The translations under genes and the position numbers were made by a program. DNA of 64,000 bases from an uncultured Acidobacteriaceae bacterium. GTDB taxonomy: Bacteria > Acidobacteriota > Terriglobia > Terriglobales > Acidobacteriaceae. A model generated the notes under the pieces. It made no database searches. It worked only from the letters and a program-made list of their open reading frames with translations, and had not been told where the DNA came from. Each line of letters opens with the position of its first letter. Position 1 is the first letter of the stretch. This document shows positions 1-8,765 of this stretch, in pieces. The DNA is taken from contig CAVWUX010000010.1 of the NCBI GenBank assembly GCA_963758255.1, forward strand, positions 19,797 to 83,796, given 5' to 3'.

Positions 1-28
1 CTTCTGTGTCTTTCGTAATGAGACCGCA

Positions 29-496
29 CTACCGTCTGCACCCGACACAATATCCGCCAATCTCGAAGCGCGCGATCAGGATGTGAAACTGGCAATCGCG
101 CTCGACCTGGCCCTTCACGCGGTCGAACAGGTCACTCTCGAACTCCTGCACCTTTCCGCAGCGCAGGCACGTCATGTGCATGTGATCGCGCTGCGGACGG
201 CGCTCATAGAAATGGCCTTCCCCTTTCACGTGCAGCAGATCAAGTTCGTCCACCAATCCATGACGCTTCAGCAGAGACAACGTCCGATACACGGTCACAC
301 GGTTAATGCCGGGATCGACCTTTGCCGCTTTGCGCAGAATCTGCGCCGCGTCGAGATGTTGTTTCGCGGTCTCGATGATTTCGAGGATGATGCGGCGCTG
401 GTGCGTCAGCCGGATCCCGCGGCTTAAGAGTGCATTCTGTAGTGAACCCGGTGTGGCGGATTCCGGAAACGGCATCGCGCTTTTCTCCTCGGTCAA
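29..496 (-). CDS. Fur-family metal-responsive transcriptional regulator
   Basis: 155-aa ORF. It has an N-terminal winged-helix segment (HQRRIILEII..NRVTVYRTLSLL) and C-terminal His/Cys metal-site residues including two CxxC pairs (CLRCGK, CVGCRR), typical of Fur/Zur/PerR. Confidence 0.85.
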   Translation of the reverse strand: MTEEKSAMPFPESATPGSLQNALLSRGIRLTHQRRIILEIIETAKQHLDAAQILRKAAKVDPGINRVTVYRTLSLLKRHGLVDELDLLHVKGEGHFYERRPQRDHMHMTCLRCGKVQEFESDLFDRVKGQVERDCQFHILIARFEIGGYCVGCRR

Positions 497-514
497 ATCC
501 CCTTGTTACAGCTT

Positions 515-533
515 GTTGCAACGGAGTTGCAAC
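515..533. promoter_or_regulatory. Candidate operator: two copies of the perfect palindrome GTTGCAAC, 11 bp start-to-start
   Basis: GTTGCAAC at 515-522 and 526-533, 19-37 nt upstream of the fur-family start codon (496, minus strand). Confidence 0.45.
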
Positions 534-592
534 AAATTTTGGGATACCTACTTGACTAGCATACATCTACGAATTCAAATAAAAGTACATTA

Positions 593-611
593 GTTGCAAC
601 TGCGTTGCAAC
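593..611. promoter_or_regulatory. Second GTTGCAAC-N3-GTTGCAAC operator-like pair
   Basis: GTTGCAAC at 593-600 and 604-611. It lies just downstream of a TTGACT(552-557)-N17-TCAAAT(575-580) promoter-like element and 54 nt upstream of the ATG at 665. Confidence 0.45.
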
Positions 612-664
612 TTGAAATTATAGCACCTATGTCAATTCCGCTGCACAGTTTCTGAGGTTTCCAC

Positions 665-1537
665 ATGACCAGTGGTTATTTTCTAAAGACCCTTCTCTCC
701 GCATGCATCCTTTGCCTGACCGTCTCCGTCGCCTCCGCTGGCGAGCGACCCTACTTCGTCGCCTACGACCAGACAATGGAGGAACCGGGAAATCTGGAGA
801 TCGAGGTGCAAGGCCTAACCGCTTCCCCCCAGGGCGGCAACCAGTTTCTCTCGGGTGTTACCGAATTTGAATATGGAGCCAAAGGTTGGTGGACGACCGA
901 GTTCTACCTCGACGGGCAAACCACGGCCAACCAGAGCACCATCTTTACCGGCTACCGCTGGGAGAATCGCTTCCGGCTGCTGATGCACGAGCACATCATC
1001 AATCCGGTTCTTTATGTCGAGTACGAGGACGTCAACGGAGCTGACAAGAGCCTGCTTGAAGTCGTGGGGTTTGACTCGCAGTTTGACGGCCTGGTCCCAA
1101 ATAACGAATCCAGCCGCGAACGGGAACGCGAAATCGAAACCAGGCTGATTCTGTCCAGCAACCTGAATGGCTGGAATATTTCCGAGAATTTCATCGCCGT
1201 GAAGAACCTCGCGGGAGAGCCTTGGGAATTCGGATATGCCGCCGCCGTCAGCCGGCCGCTTTCCCTGATGGCTTCCCCAGATGAATGCACCCTCTGCCGC
1301 GAAAACTTTCAGGCTGGCGTCGAGTTCTACGGCGGGATGGGCACTGCTAATAAGTTCACCATGCGGGGCACGTCGCAATACATCGCTCCGGTGCTCTCAT
1401 GGCAGGTGCGCGACGCGGTGTTCAAGGTGTCGCCAACCTTCGGGCTAACCGACGCCAGTTACCGAGCCATGTTGCGTTTTGGAGTGCAGTACGAAATCAG
1501 CGGATTCGGCCGCAAGCTCGAGAAGCTCTTTCATTGA
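665..1537 (+). CDS. Exported hypothetical protein (possible outer-membrane beta-barrel)
   Basis: 290-aa ORF with an N-terminal signal peptide (LLSACILCLTVSVASA/GE). Divergent from the fur-family gene. No family motif recognised. Confidence 0.6.
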   Translation: MTSGYFLKTLLSACILCLTVSVASAGERPYFVAYDQTMEEPGNLEIEVQGLTASPQGGNQFLSGVTEFEYGAKGWWTTEFYLDGQTTANQSTIFTGYRWENRFRLLMHEHIINPVLYVEYEDVNGADKSLLEVVGFDSQFDGLVPNNESSREREREIETRLILSSNLNGWNISENFIAVKNLAGEPWEFGYAAAVSRPLSLMASPDECTLCRENFQAGVEFYGGMGTANKFTMRGTSQYIAPVLSWQVRDAVFKVSPTFGLTDASYRAMLRFGVQYEISGFGRKLEKLFH

Positions 1538-1696
1538 GGCGCCCCTGTAAAATACGAGCCAGGAGAGACTCTTGACTCAACGCTCGCTCCGTCTGATCGG
1601 CATTACTGCGTTCTTTGCTGCGGTAGCGATACTGTTTGCGACGGCCCATCTCGCTGCCCAATCAATTCACGTAGCGCTCCCGCCTCAGCCGCCCAG

Positions 1697-1975
1697 ATGA
1701 AGAATCCCTACGCCGGTGATGCGCAGGCTGCAGCCGGAGGCAGGAAGCTCTACGCGCAAAACTGTGCCCAGTGTCACGGCAATAATTTGCAGGGAATGGG
1801 ACCAGCGCCTGCGTTACTGAGCCCAACCGTCAAGAGCGCGCAAGCCGGCCAGCTTTTCTGGTTCATTACCAACGGCAATCTGAATAACGGAATGCCTTCG
1901 TGGTCGCAGTTGCCCAAACAACAACGCTGGCAAATCGTCACCTTCATCGAAGCAAAGAACTCCGCCGGTAATTAG
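1697..1975 (+). CDS. Class I c-type cytochrome (C-terminal part of a frame-interrupted gene)
   Basis: CxxCH haem motif (CAQCH) and a distal Met region (NGMPSW). The 92-aa ORF lacks the export signal, which is encoded in another frame at 1572-1700. Confidence 0.75.
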   Translation: MKNPYAGDAQAAAGGRKLYAQNCAQCHGNNLQGMGPAPALLSPTVKSAQAGQLFWFITNGNLNNGMPSWSQLPKQQRWQIVTFIEAKNSAGN

Positions 1976-2083
1976 CACGAACTTCTCTGATTCAGCTCGC
2001 AAGACTGCGGCATCAGTACCGGGAAGACGGGATTTGATGACTGTGCCATGCAAACCGACGACGAAATCCGCTATAACTGAACC

Positions 2084-2890
2084 GTGAGTACCAGCAATCC
2101 CTTCTTTGCTCCGAAAACAGCCCTGATCACGGGCGCGTCCAGCGGTATTGGACTCGAATTGGCGCATCTCTTTGCTCGCGACGGGTACCGCCTGGTGCTG
2201 GTGGCGCGCAATCGCAGCACCTTGCGTCAACTGGGTGACGATTTGCAGTCGCGCTACAGCATTACCGTTCGCATCGAGCCCAAGGACCTTGCCCATCCCG
2301 CGACTCCCGCCGAGCTTTACCAGGACCTGCAGGAGTCAGGCATCCTGCTCGACGTGCTCGTGAACAACGCCGGATTTGGCGGTGCCGGCGATTTCGCCCA
2401 CACCGACTGGAACCACGAAGCCGAAATGATGCAGGTAAACATGGTGGCGGTCACTCACCTGACGAAACTGTTCCTGCCCCAGATTCGCGCTCGCGAAGGC
2501 ATGATCATGAACGTCGCCAGCACCGCCGCATTTCAGCCCGGTCCCTTCATGGCCGTCTACTACGCCAGCAAAGCATACGTGCTCAGTTTCACCGAGGCGT
2601 TGGCAGAGGAGTTACGAGGAACCGGCGTCAAGATTTCCTGCCTTTGCCCCGGCCCGGTAAAGACTAACTTCCAGAAGCGCGCCTACATCACCAACACACC
2701 CTTGGCCAACAGTCCCCTCCTTGTCGATGTTCGGGAGGTAGCGCGTGTTGGCTACGAAGGCCTAAAGCAAGGTAAGCGAATTGTGATTCCCGGATGGAAG
2801 AACCGCGTAGGCGTCGAGTTGTTGCGCATTTCTCCGCGCCAAATGGTCACCAAGGTCGTCAGGCGGATTCAGGAGAAGAAGAATGGTTGA
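2084..2890 (+). CDS. SDR-family oxidoreductase (short-chain dehydrogenase)
   Basis: TGASSGIGLE (TGxxxGxG) cofactor motif, NNAG, and catalytic YxxxK (YYASKAY). Confidence 0.85.
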   Translation: MSTSNPFFAPKTALITGASSGIGLELAHLFARDGYRLVLVARNRSTLRQLGDDLQSRYSITVRIEPKDLAHPATPAELYQDLQESGILLDVLVNNAGFGGAGDFAHTDWNHEAEMMQVNMVAVTHLTKLFLPQIRAREGMIMNVASTAAFQPGPFMAVYYASKAYVLSFTEALAEELRGTGVKISCLCPGPVKTNFQKRAYITNTPLANSPLLVDVREVARVGYEGLKQGKRIVIPGWKNRVGVELLRISPRQMVTKVVRRIQEKKNG

Positions 2891-2934
2891 GGCCTGCCGG
2901 CAACCAAGCTACGACTCCAAATTGTCGGGAGAAC

Positions 2935-3705
2935 CTACAGGTTGAACAATTCGCGCAGCCGCTTGGTCTGCGCCCGGCTAACCGGAATCTCGGCCTGCTT
3001 CTTGTCGTCCATGCGGATCTGATACGAACTCTTGAACCAGGGAACGACTTCCTTGATCCGGTTGATATTGACCAGGTAGGAGCGATGCGCCCGCCAGAAC
3101 ATTTTCGGATCGAGCGAATCCAGTAGTTCCTCCAGCGTCCGGCAATTCGACTGCCCCTCCATGCTGGTCGCAACCACACTGATGATGCCGTCCTCAATCG
3201 ATGCGTAGCAGATATCTTTTTGATCGACCAGGAACAGCCGGCCGGCCGATTTCAGGAGCACTTTGGCCGCCTGCGGCCTTTGTTGCTGTTCCAGCATCTT
3301 CACCAGGGTGTCCAGTTGGTCATTGGACGAGCCAGCAGCTCCCAGTTTCTTGCGCGCCTTCTCAACCGCCTGCACCACGCGCTTCTTGTCAAACGGCTTC
3401 AACAGATAGTCGGCCGCATTGACTTCAAAGGCTCTCACCGCGTACTGATCGAATGCCGTAGCAAAAACGATTTGCGGTATCGCCACCTTGCGATCCAGCA
3501 ACTTCTTGATCACGCCAAAACCGTCCAGCCCGGGCATCTGCACGTCGAGGAAAACCAGATCAGGCGACAGGTCTTTGATCAGGTTCACTGCCTCGACGCC
3601 ATTCTTGCCCTGCGCAATGACGTCCACTCCGACTTCTTTCAACAGATACGCGAGTTCGTCTCGCGCCAGTTGTTCGTCATCGACAATGACTGCCGAAATC
3701 GACAT
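2935..3705 (-). CDS. LytR/AlgR-family response regulator (REC + LytTR DNA-binding domain)
   Basis: Receiver motifs (VIVDDE, DLVFLDVQMPGLDG, LLKP). C-terminal LytTR-like segment (FWRAHRSYLVNINRIKEV). Confidence 0.85.
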   Translation of the reverse strand: MSISAVIVDDEQLARDELAYLLKEVGVDVIAQGKNGVEAVNLIKDLSPDLVFLDVQMPGLDGFGVIKKLLDRKVAIPQIVFATAFDQYAVRAFEVNAADYLLKPFDKKRVVQAVEKARKKLGAAGSSNDQLDTLVKMLEQQQRPQAAKVLLKSAGRLFLVDQKDICYASIEDGIISVVATSMEGQSNCRTLEELLDSLDPKMFWRAHRSYLVNINRIKEVVPWFKSSYQIRMDDKKQAEIPVSRAQTKRLRELFNL

Positions 3706-3812
3706 GCACGCTCCCTAAAGGCGAATTGAAAGGAGAGTATAAACCCAAGGGGGTTGAACCTCGCACGCTGCCCAAGCGGTGCTCCGCCGTTCCTGTCGTA
3801 AACTGATAATCG

Positions 3813-4574
3813 ATGGTCGTCATCTTCGGTATTCATGCAGTCAGTGAGGCGCTCAAGTCCGGTGCTCGCAGCTTCGATTACGTGGGCATCGCGCGCGAGC
3901 GTCACGACCAGCGCGTGCAGCGACTGATCGACGACTGCCGCGCCAGCGGAGTGCAAGTACGGTTTCTGCCTCGGGAGGAACTCGACCGCACCGCTAACAC
4001 CCATACCCACCAGGGGGTTATCGCGGTCACCAGCAGCAAGCAATATGCCGACGTCGACATGCTGTTAGAGCAGCGAAATGGCGACTACAGTTTTCTAGTC
4101 GTGCTCGACGGAATCGAAGACCCACACAACCTGGGCGCGCTCATTCGTACGGCTGACGGGGCGGGCGCCGACGGCGTCATTATCCCTGAGCGCCGCGCCG
4201 TCGGACTTACTGGCACCGTCGTGAAAGCCTCTGCAGGAGCCTCCGAGCACCTCGCGATCGCGCGTGTGACCAACATCGCGCGCACCCTCGAAGAACTGAA
4301 GGAACGGAACGTCTGGACCGTTGGGCTCGATGAGCGTGGAACCCAGACCTACGATGAACTCGATTACAAAATGCACTGCGCTATCGTTCTAGGAGCCGAG
4401 GGAAAAGGCCTGCACGATCTGGTGCGCAAGCGCTGCGACTTCCTGGTTTCCATCCCAATGCTCGGGCACGTGGCATCGCTGAATGTGTCAGTCGCGGGAG
4501 CGGTCGTGATGTATGAGGTAGCCCGTCAGCGGCGAGCCGTGAAGAGCCAGGAGAAAGCCAAGCGGCCCCAATGA
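3813..4574 (+). CDS. rlmB: 23S rRNA 2'-O-methyltransferase, SpoU/TrmH group 3 (RlmB-like)
   Basis: SpoU motifs LDGIEDPHNLGALIRTA, IVLGAEGKGL and IPMLGHVASLNVSVA, preceded by an RlmB-type N-terminal domain. Confidence 0.8.
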   Translation: MVVIFGIHAVSEALKSGARSFDYVGIARERHDQRVQRLIDDCRASGVQVRFLPREELDRTANTHTHQGVIAVTSSKQYADVDMLLEQRNGDYSFLVVLDGIEDPHNLGALIRTADGAGADGVIIPERRAVGLTGTVVKASAGASEHLAIARVTNIARTLEELKERNVWTVGLDERGTQTYDELDYKMHCAIVLGAEGKGLHDLVRKRCDFLVSIPMLGHVASLNVSVAGAVVMYEVARQRRAVKSQEKAKRPQ

Positions 4575-6340
4575 AACGGTGTTTGGCGCTCATCCTGTTT
4601 GGCTTGGCCCTCACCTGTTCCGCGGCAGCTCTCGATCGCGAGGCGTTTACCATTACCCGCTATCAGTTGGAAGTACAGATCGATCGCACGTCCCATGTGA
4701 TGGCCGTGACCGGACAGTTGACCCTTCGTAACGATTCCAAATCCCTGGAACGAAATGCGACGCTCCAAGTCTCGTCCTCTTTCACCTGGAATGGCGTCGC
4801 ACTCAATAACGAACCGCTGGCGTGGATCGGCAATGACTATACCTCCGACATTGATCACACGGGACATCTGTCGGAAGTCGTCGTGACCCTGCCCAAAGCG
4901 GCGCTGCCCGGGAGCACCATCACTCTCGATGTGCAGTACGGCGGAACTGTGACGCCGGACTCCACCCGATTTACCCGCATGGGAGCACCAGCTGAGACGG
5001 CGCTGCGAAACGACTGGGACCAGATCAGCGAGCCCTTCACGGCAATACGAGGCCTGGGGTACGTCGTCTGGTATCCGGTGTCGCTGCCGGCAGTCAGCAT
5101 GAGCGACGGTAACGCCGTGTTCAATGCCATCGACGCCTGGAAGTTCCGGCATCAGCGATCCGAATTCGACGCGCGGATACATGTGATCAGCGGAGATGCC
5201 AGGCTCTGCATCGCTGGAATTGCGACCGTCTCAAGCTGTGGCCAATTGAGCGAGACAGCCGACCCCCGCACCGGCGGTGACGTGCAGCAGATCACCAACC
5301 GCATTCACCTCAGCGGTCTCGGTCAGGTAGTACCAACGTTTTCTGTAGCGAATTACGTACAACTGGACCGCCCCGGCCTGGCAATCTTTCATACCCCCGA
5401 CAAAGTATCGTTGGCGCGTGATTACGCTGCTGCCGCCGAAGCCAACGAGTCATTGCTCAATGAGTGGCTGAAGCCAGCTCTGCAATCGACGACCTTGATC
5501 GAACTCACGGATCCCAACGCCAACCCCTATCAGAACGGCGCGGTGTTATTCACGCCGCTGCGTCAATCCCAGGCAGCCACACTCGAACTGCTGCTGACGC
5601 CGGTACAGGTCGCGGCACGTTTCTCCTCTCCCCATCGGTGGATCGAGGATGGGCTGCAGCGATTTCTACAGGCTGTCAACGTGGAGCGTCGTTCCGGCCG
5701 CAAAAGCGCTCTCCAGTTTCTGGACGAGTACCTGCCACCGCTGGTAAAGGCTGAAGAATCGCAATCCACGCCGCCAGGCGCCACAGCAAAGCCCCGCGAA
5801 AATGAAGCGGGAACCGACACCTTGTTGAATACCTCCGACGAGATACTACTGCGAGGCAAGGGGAGCTTCGTCTTTTGGATGCTGCGCGACATGCTGGGCG
5901 ACGAAGTACTCCAGCGCGCGCTCTCCGCTTATCGACCCGGTGCTGACGTGAACCCGGTTTATTTCCAGAGTCTACTTGAGGATGGCAAGAAGCGCGATCT
6001 GGAGTGGTTCTTCGACGATTGGGTGTACCGTAACCGCGGGCTCCCTGAATTCCATGTTGACAGCGCATACCTGCGCCCTCTACTCGACAATCCCGGCAAG
6101 ATCATTCTAGTCACGGTGACGATTGAGAACCGCGGGGGCGTCGGCGCCGAGGTTCCCGTACTCATCCAGACCCCTGAGGGCGAAAAGATCGCGCGAGTGT
6201 TGGTTATGGCGCATGAGAAAGCTTCTGGAAGGTCGTCCGTCCCTGCCGCCCCAACCAAAGTTGTGGTGAATGATGGCAGCGTACCCGAAACCAACTCAAG
6301 CGACAACACGTTCGATTTGCCGGCAAGTCCGGCTCCTTAG
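4571..6340 (+). CDS. Secreted hypothetical protein
   Basis: 589-aa ORF. ATGA overlap with the rlmB stop. Signal peptide (LILFGLALTCSAAA). No catalytic motif recognised. Confidence 0.6.
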   Translation: MKRCLALILFGLALTCSAAALDREAFTITRYQLEVQIDRTSHVMAVTGQLTLRNDSKSLERNATLQVSSSFTWNGVALNNEPLAWIGNDYTSDIDHTGHLSEVVVTLPKAALPGSTITLDVQYGGTVTPDSTRFTRMGAPAETALRNDWDQISEPFTAIRGLGYVVWYPVSLPAVSMSDGNAVFNAIDAWKFRHQRSEFDARIHVISGDARLCIAGIATVSSCGQLSETADPRTGGDVQQITNRIHLSGLGQVVPTFSVANYVQLDRPGLAIFHTPDKVSLARDYAAAAEANESLLNEWLKPALQSTTLIELTDPNANPYQNGAVLFTPLRQSQAATLELLLTPVQVAARFSSPHRWIEDGLQRFLQAVNVERRSGRKSALQFLDEYLPPLVKAEESQSTPPGATAKPRENEAGTDTLLNTSDEILLRGKGSFVFWMLRDMLGDEVLQRALSAYRPGADVNPVYFQSLLEDGKKRDLEWFFDDWVYRNRGLPEFHVDSAYLRPLLDNPGKIILVTVTIENRGGVGAEVPVLIQTPEGEKIARVLVMAHEKASGRSSVPAAPTKVVVNDGSVPETNSSDNTFDLPASPAP

Positions 6341-6426
6341 GGGCTTCCTGCTTGCCAAAGGGCAGGGTCAAAAGCTACAAACGTGTTTGATTGCAGTCGC
6401 GCGGCCAGCGCACGAAAGGGGTCCGC

Positions 6427-7857
6427 TTGAGCTACATCCAGTTCCTGGGAGCCGCCGGGGTGGTTACCGGATCGAAACACTTGATCAACACCGGTGATGT
6501 TAGCGGCAAGCGCGGTATGCAAGTCCTGGTTGACTGCGGGCTCTTTCAGGGACAGAAAGAATGGCGCGAACGCAATTGGCAGGACCTGCCCATCCCCGCT
6601 CGTGAAATCGACGCCGTAATCCTCACTCACGCGCACCTCGACCATTCAGGATGGATACCCCGGCTGGTAAAACAGGGTTTCCACGGTCCGATCTACGCGA
6701 CCCCGGCCACCATCGATCTCTGTGGCATCCTGCTTCCTGATTCCGGGCACTTGCAGGAGGAAGACGCGGCGTTTCACAACCGGTTCAAGACATCGAAACA
6801 CGACCCGGCTTTGCCGCTCTATACCATGGAGGAAGCGCAGCAGTGCCTTACGCTTTTCAAGCCCGTCGATTTCCGTGACCCCAAGCGCCTTTCCCCTGAG
6901 ATCTCATTCCAGTTTGTTCGGGCGGCGCACATCCTCGGCTCGTCCATGGCGGAAATCACGCTGACCGCCGACGGAAAGACCTCGCGTTTGCTCTTCACCG
7001 GAGATATCGGCCGCGTGCGTGACAACGAGATATCTCCCGGACGGGTGTTGCATTCCGGCCCCACGGAAAACGAACGCTGCGATTACCTTGTCATGGAGAG
7101 CACGTACGGCAATCGCCGGCATCCGCACGATGACCCCAGGCCCGAATTGGCCGCTCTGATTCGGGCCACTGTGCAGCGCGGCGGCAGCGTTGTGATTCCG
7201 GCATTCGCTGTCGAGCGCACCCAGAAGTTGCTTTTCATGCTCAAGGAACTCATGGAGACCGACCAGATTCCGCGCGTCCCGGTTCACGCCGATAGTCCAA
7301 TGGCGATCAAGGCCGTCCAGATCTTCCTGAAATACACAGGTGAGTTCAGTCCGGCGACCCGGGCCCTCATCGACAACTACGGATCTCCGGTAGATTGGCC
7401 CAATTTCTACTTCGACCAGACCCAGGAAGACTCCAAGAAAATCAACGAGTCGAAGTATCCCGCGATCATCGTTTCATCCAGCGGCATGGCCACCGGCGGA
7501 CGGATACTGCACCACTTGATGCTGCGGCTTCCTGATCCCAGGAACCTGATCTTGTTCATCGGCTTTCAAGCACAGGGGACCCGCGGTTACGACATCAAGA
7601 ACCATGCCGGCGAGGTCAAGATCTTCGGGCACATGATTCCCGTTCGAGCTCAGGTGGCGGCGCTGGAGCAGTTCAGCGACCATGCCGACACCCCCGAATT
7701 GCTGGAATGGCTGCACACCTTTCAGGCAGTACCCAGGCAGACCTATCTGGTTCACGGTGAACCCACCGCGTCTGCCGAACTACGCGAGGCAATAAAGAAC
7801 GATCTCGCTTGGAATGTCGAAGTCGCCGCCTATAAACAGAAGGTCCCAATCGTCTGA
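6427..7857 (+). CDS. MBL-fold metallo-hydrolase with beta-CASP/RNA-specificity domain
   Basis: HxHxDH motif (THAHLDHSG) and beta-CASP-type downstream region. The TTG at 6427 is preceded by GAAAGGGG and gives the typical N-terminus (SYIQFLGAAGVVTGS). The ORF-track start 6391 is an upstream extension. Confidence 0.8.
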   Translation: MSYIQFLGAAGVVTGSKHLINTGDVSGKRGMQVLVDCGLFQGQKEWRERNWQDLPIPAREIDAVILTHAHLDHSGWIPRLVKQGFHGPIYATPATIDLCGILLPDSGHLQEEDAAFHNRFKTSKHDPALPLYTMEEAQQCLTLFKPVDFRDPKRLSPEISFQFVRAAHILGSSMAEITLTADGKTSRLLFTGDIGRVRDNEISPGRVLHSGPTENERCDYLVMESTYGNRRHPHDDPRPELAALIRATVQRGGSVVIPAFAVERTQKLLFMLKELMETDQIPRVPVHADSPMAIKAVQIFLKYTGEFSPATRALIDNYGSPVDWPNFYFDQTQEDSKKINESKYPAIIVSSSGMATGGRILHHLMLRLPDPRNLILFIGFQAQGTRGYDIKNHAGEVKIFGHMIPVRAQVAALEQFSDHADTPELLEWLHTFQAVPRQTYLVHGEPTASAELREAIKNDLAWNVEVAAYKQKVPIV

Positions 7858-7868
7858 GCGAGGAGCGC

Positions 7869-8276
7869 GTGATGGCAATCTATGGCTTGATCGAGTATGC
7901 GGACGCTACACCGGAAGTGCGCGAGGTCTATGACGACATCATGGCAACTCGCAAGGTTGATTGGATCAACAACTTCTGGAAGGCGATTGCCCACGACCCC
8001 GTCCTGCTGAAACGTACCTGGGAGAGCATCAAACAGATCATGGCGCCCGGTAAGCTCGATCCCGTGGTCAAGGAGATGATTTACGTCGCTGTGAGCGTGA
8101 CCAACGGCTGTGACTACTGCATTGCCTCCCACACAGCGTCGGCCCGCAAGAACGGGATGACTCCCGAGATGTTTCACGAACTGATGGCCGTAGTCGGCAT
8201 GGCCAACGAGACCAATCGCCTCGCCAACGGATATCAGGTCGAAATCGATGATGCCTTCAAGACGCCGCCGGAGTGA
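7869..8276 (+). CDS. Carboxymuconolactone decarboxylase (AhpD-like) family protein
   Basis: AhpD-type CxxC motif (NGCDYCIASH). GAGGAG SD just upstream. The ATG at 7872 is an equally possible start. Confidence 0.75.
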   Translation: MMAIYGLIEYADATPEVREVYDDIMATRKVDWINNFWKAIAHDPVLLKRTWESIKQIMAPGKLDPVVKEMIYVAVSVTNGCDYCIASHTASARKNGMTPEMFHELMAVVGMANETNRLANGYQVEIDDAFKTPPE

Positions 8277-8332
8277 TCGCTCATCGTGACCCGCGATAGC
8301 CGCGGCGGTGTCGGTATAATGAGGACACATCT

Positions 8333-8578
8333 ATGAAAGCTTACGTTTACGTTTCGCTCAAAAAAAGTGTGCTTGACCCTCAAGGCAAAACCATTCACGG
8401 CGCCCTGAAGAAGATGGGCTATCGTGGGGTCAGCGACTTGCGCCAGGGTAAATACTTCGAGATTGCTCTCGACGACAGTATCGGACCGGAAGACGCCAAG
8501 GCCGAAGTCGAACGCATTGCGCGCGAGGTGCTCACGAACCCTGTGATAGAGGAATATCGCTTCACCTTGGAGAACTAG
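8333..8578 (+). CDS. purS: Phosphoribosylformylglycinamidine synthase subunit PurS
   Basis: 81-aa ORF with the typical PurS sequence (VLDPQGKTIHGALKKMGY..VRQGKYFEI). Confidence 0.85.
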   Translation: MKAYVYVSLKKSVLDPQGKTIHGALKKMGYRGVSDLRQGKYFEIALDDSIGPEDAKAEVERIAREVLTNPVIEEYRFTLEN

Positions 8579-8765
8579 CGCTGGCGTCAGCTCCCTATGT
8601 GAGCGCGATCCGGCTTGTTGGTTACGACAGTAACTTTCGCCTCCCCCCGCCGAACCGCGAAATCGGATAAGATTTAGCCATACTGTGCTCGTTGTCGAAG
8701 GCCAGTATCTGACCTTCAAAGTCCGCAAGAATGCGGACAACTCAGTTCCTTTGGAGCATACGAAA

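Noticed and set aside
515-611. GTTGCAAC repeats as a mini CRISPR or other repeat array
   Set aside because: There are only four 8-bp palindromes in a divergent promoter. They have no regular repeat-spacer structure, and no cas genes occur in the window. An operator interpretation fits better.
1688-1700. Programmed frameshifting or translational coupling as the explanation for the split cytochrome c (and for the other broken genes)
   Set aside because: There is no slippery heptamer or stimulatory structure. The breaks occur in many unrelated genes, including alaS, with both insertions and deletions. Sequence error or pseudogenisation is far more likely.
4571-6340. M1-family aminopeptidase-like protein
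   Set aside because: A segment (HRWIEDGLQRF) vaguely recalls the region after the M1 zinc site, but there is no HExxH motif and I cannot support the call by eye. It is left as a secreted hypothetical protein.
8579-8765. Possible glmS ribozyme in the 187-nt leader upstream of glmS
   Set aside because: I could not find the conserved core elements I recall (AGCGCC..GGCGCC pairing, GACGAGG, AUCGAAUUUUCGGCGGAUGCC-like segment). An Rfam RF00234 search would be decisive, but nothing visible by eye supports it.
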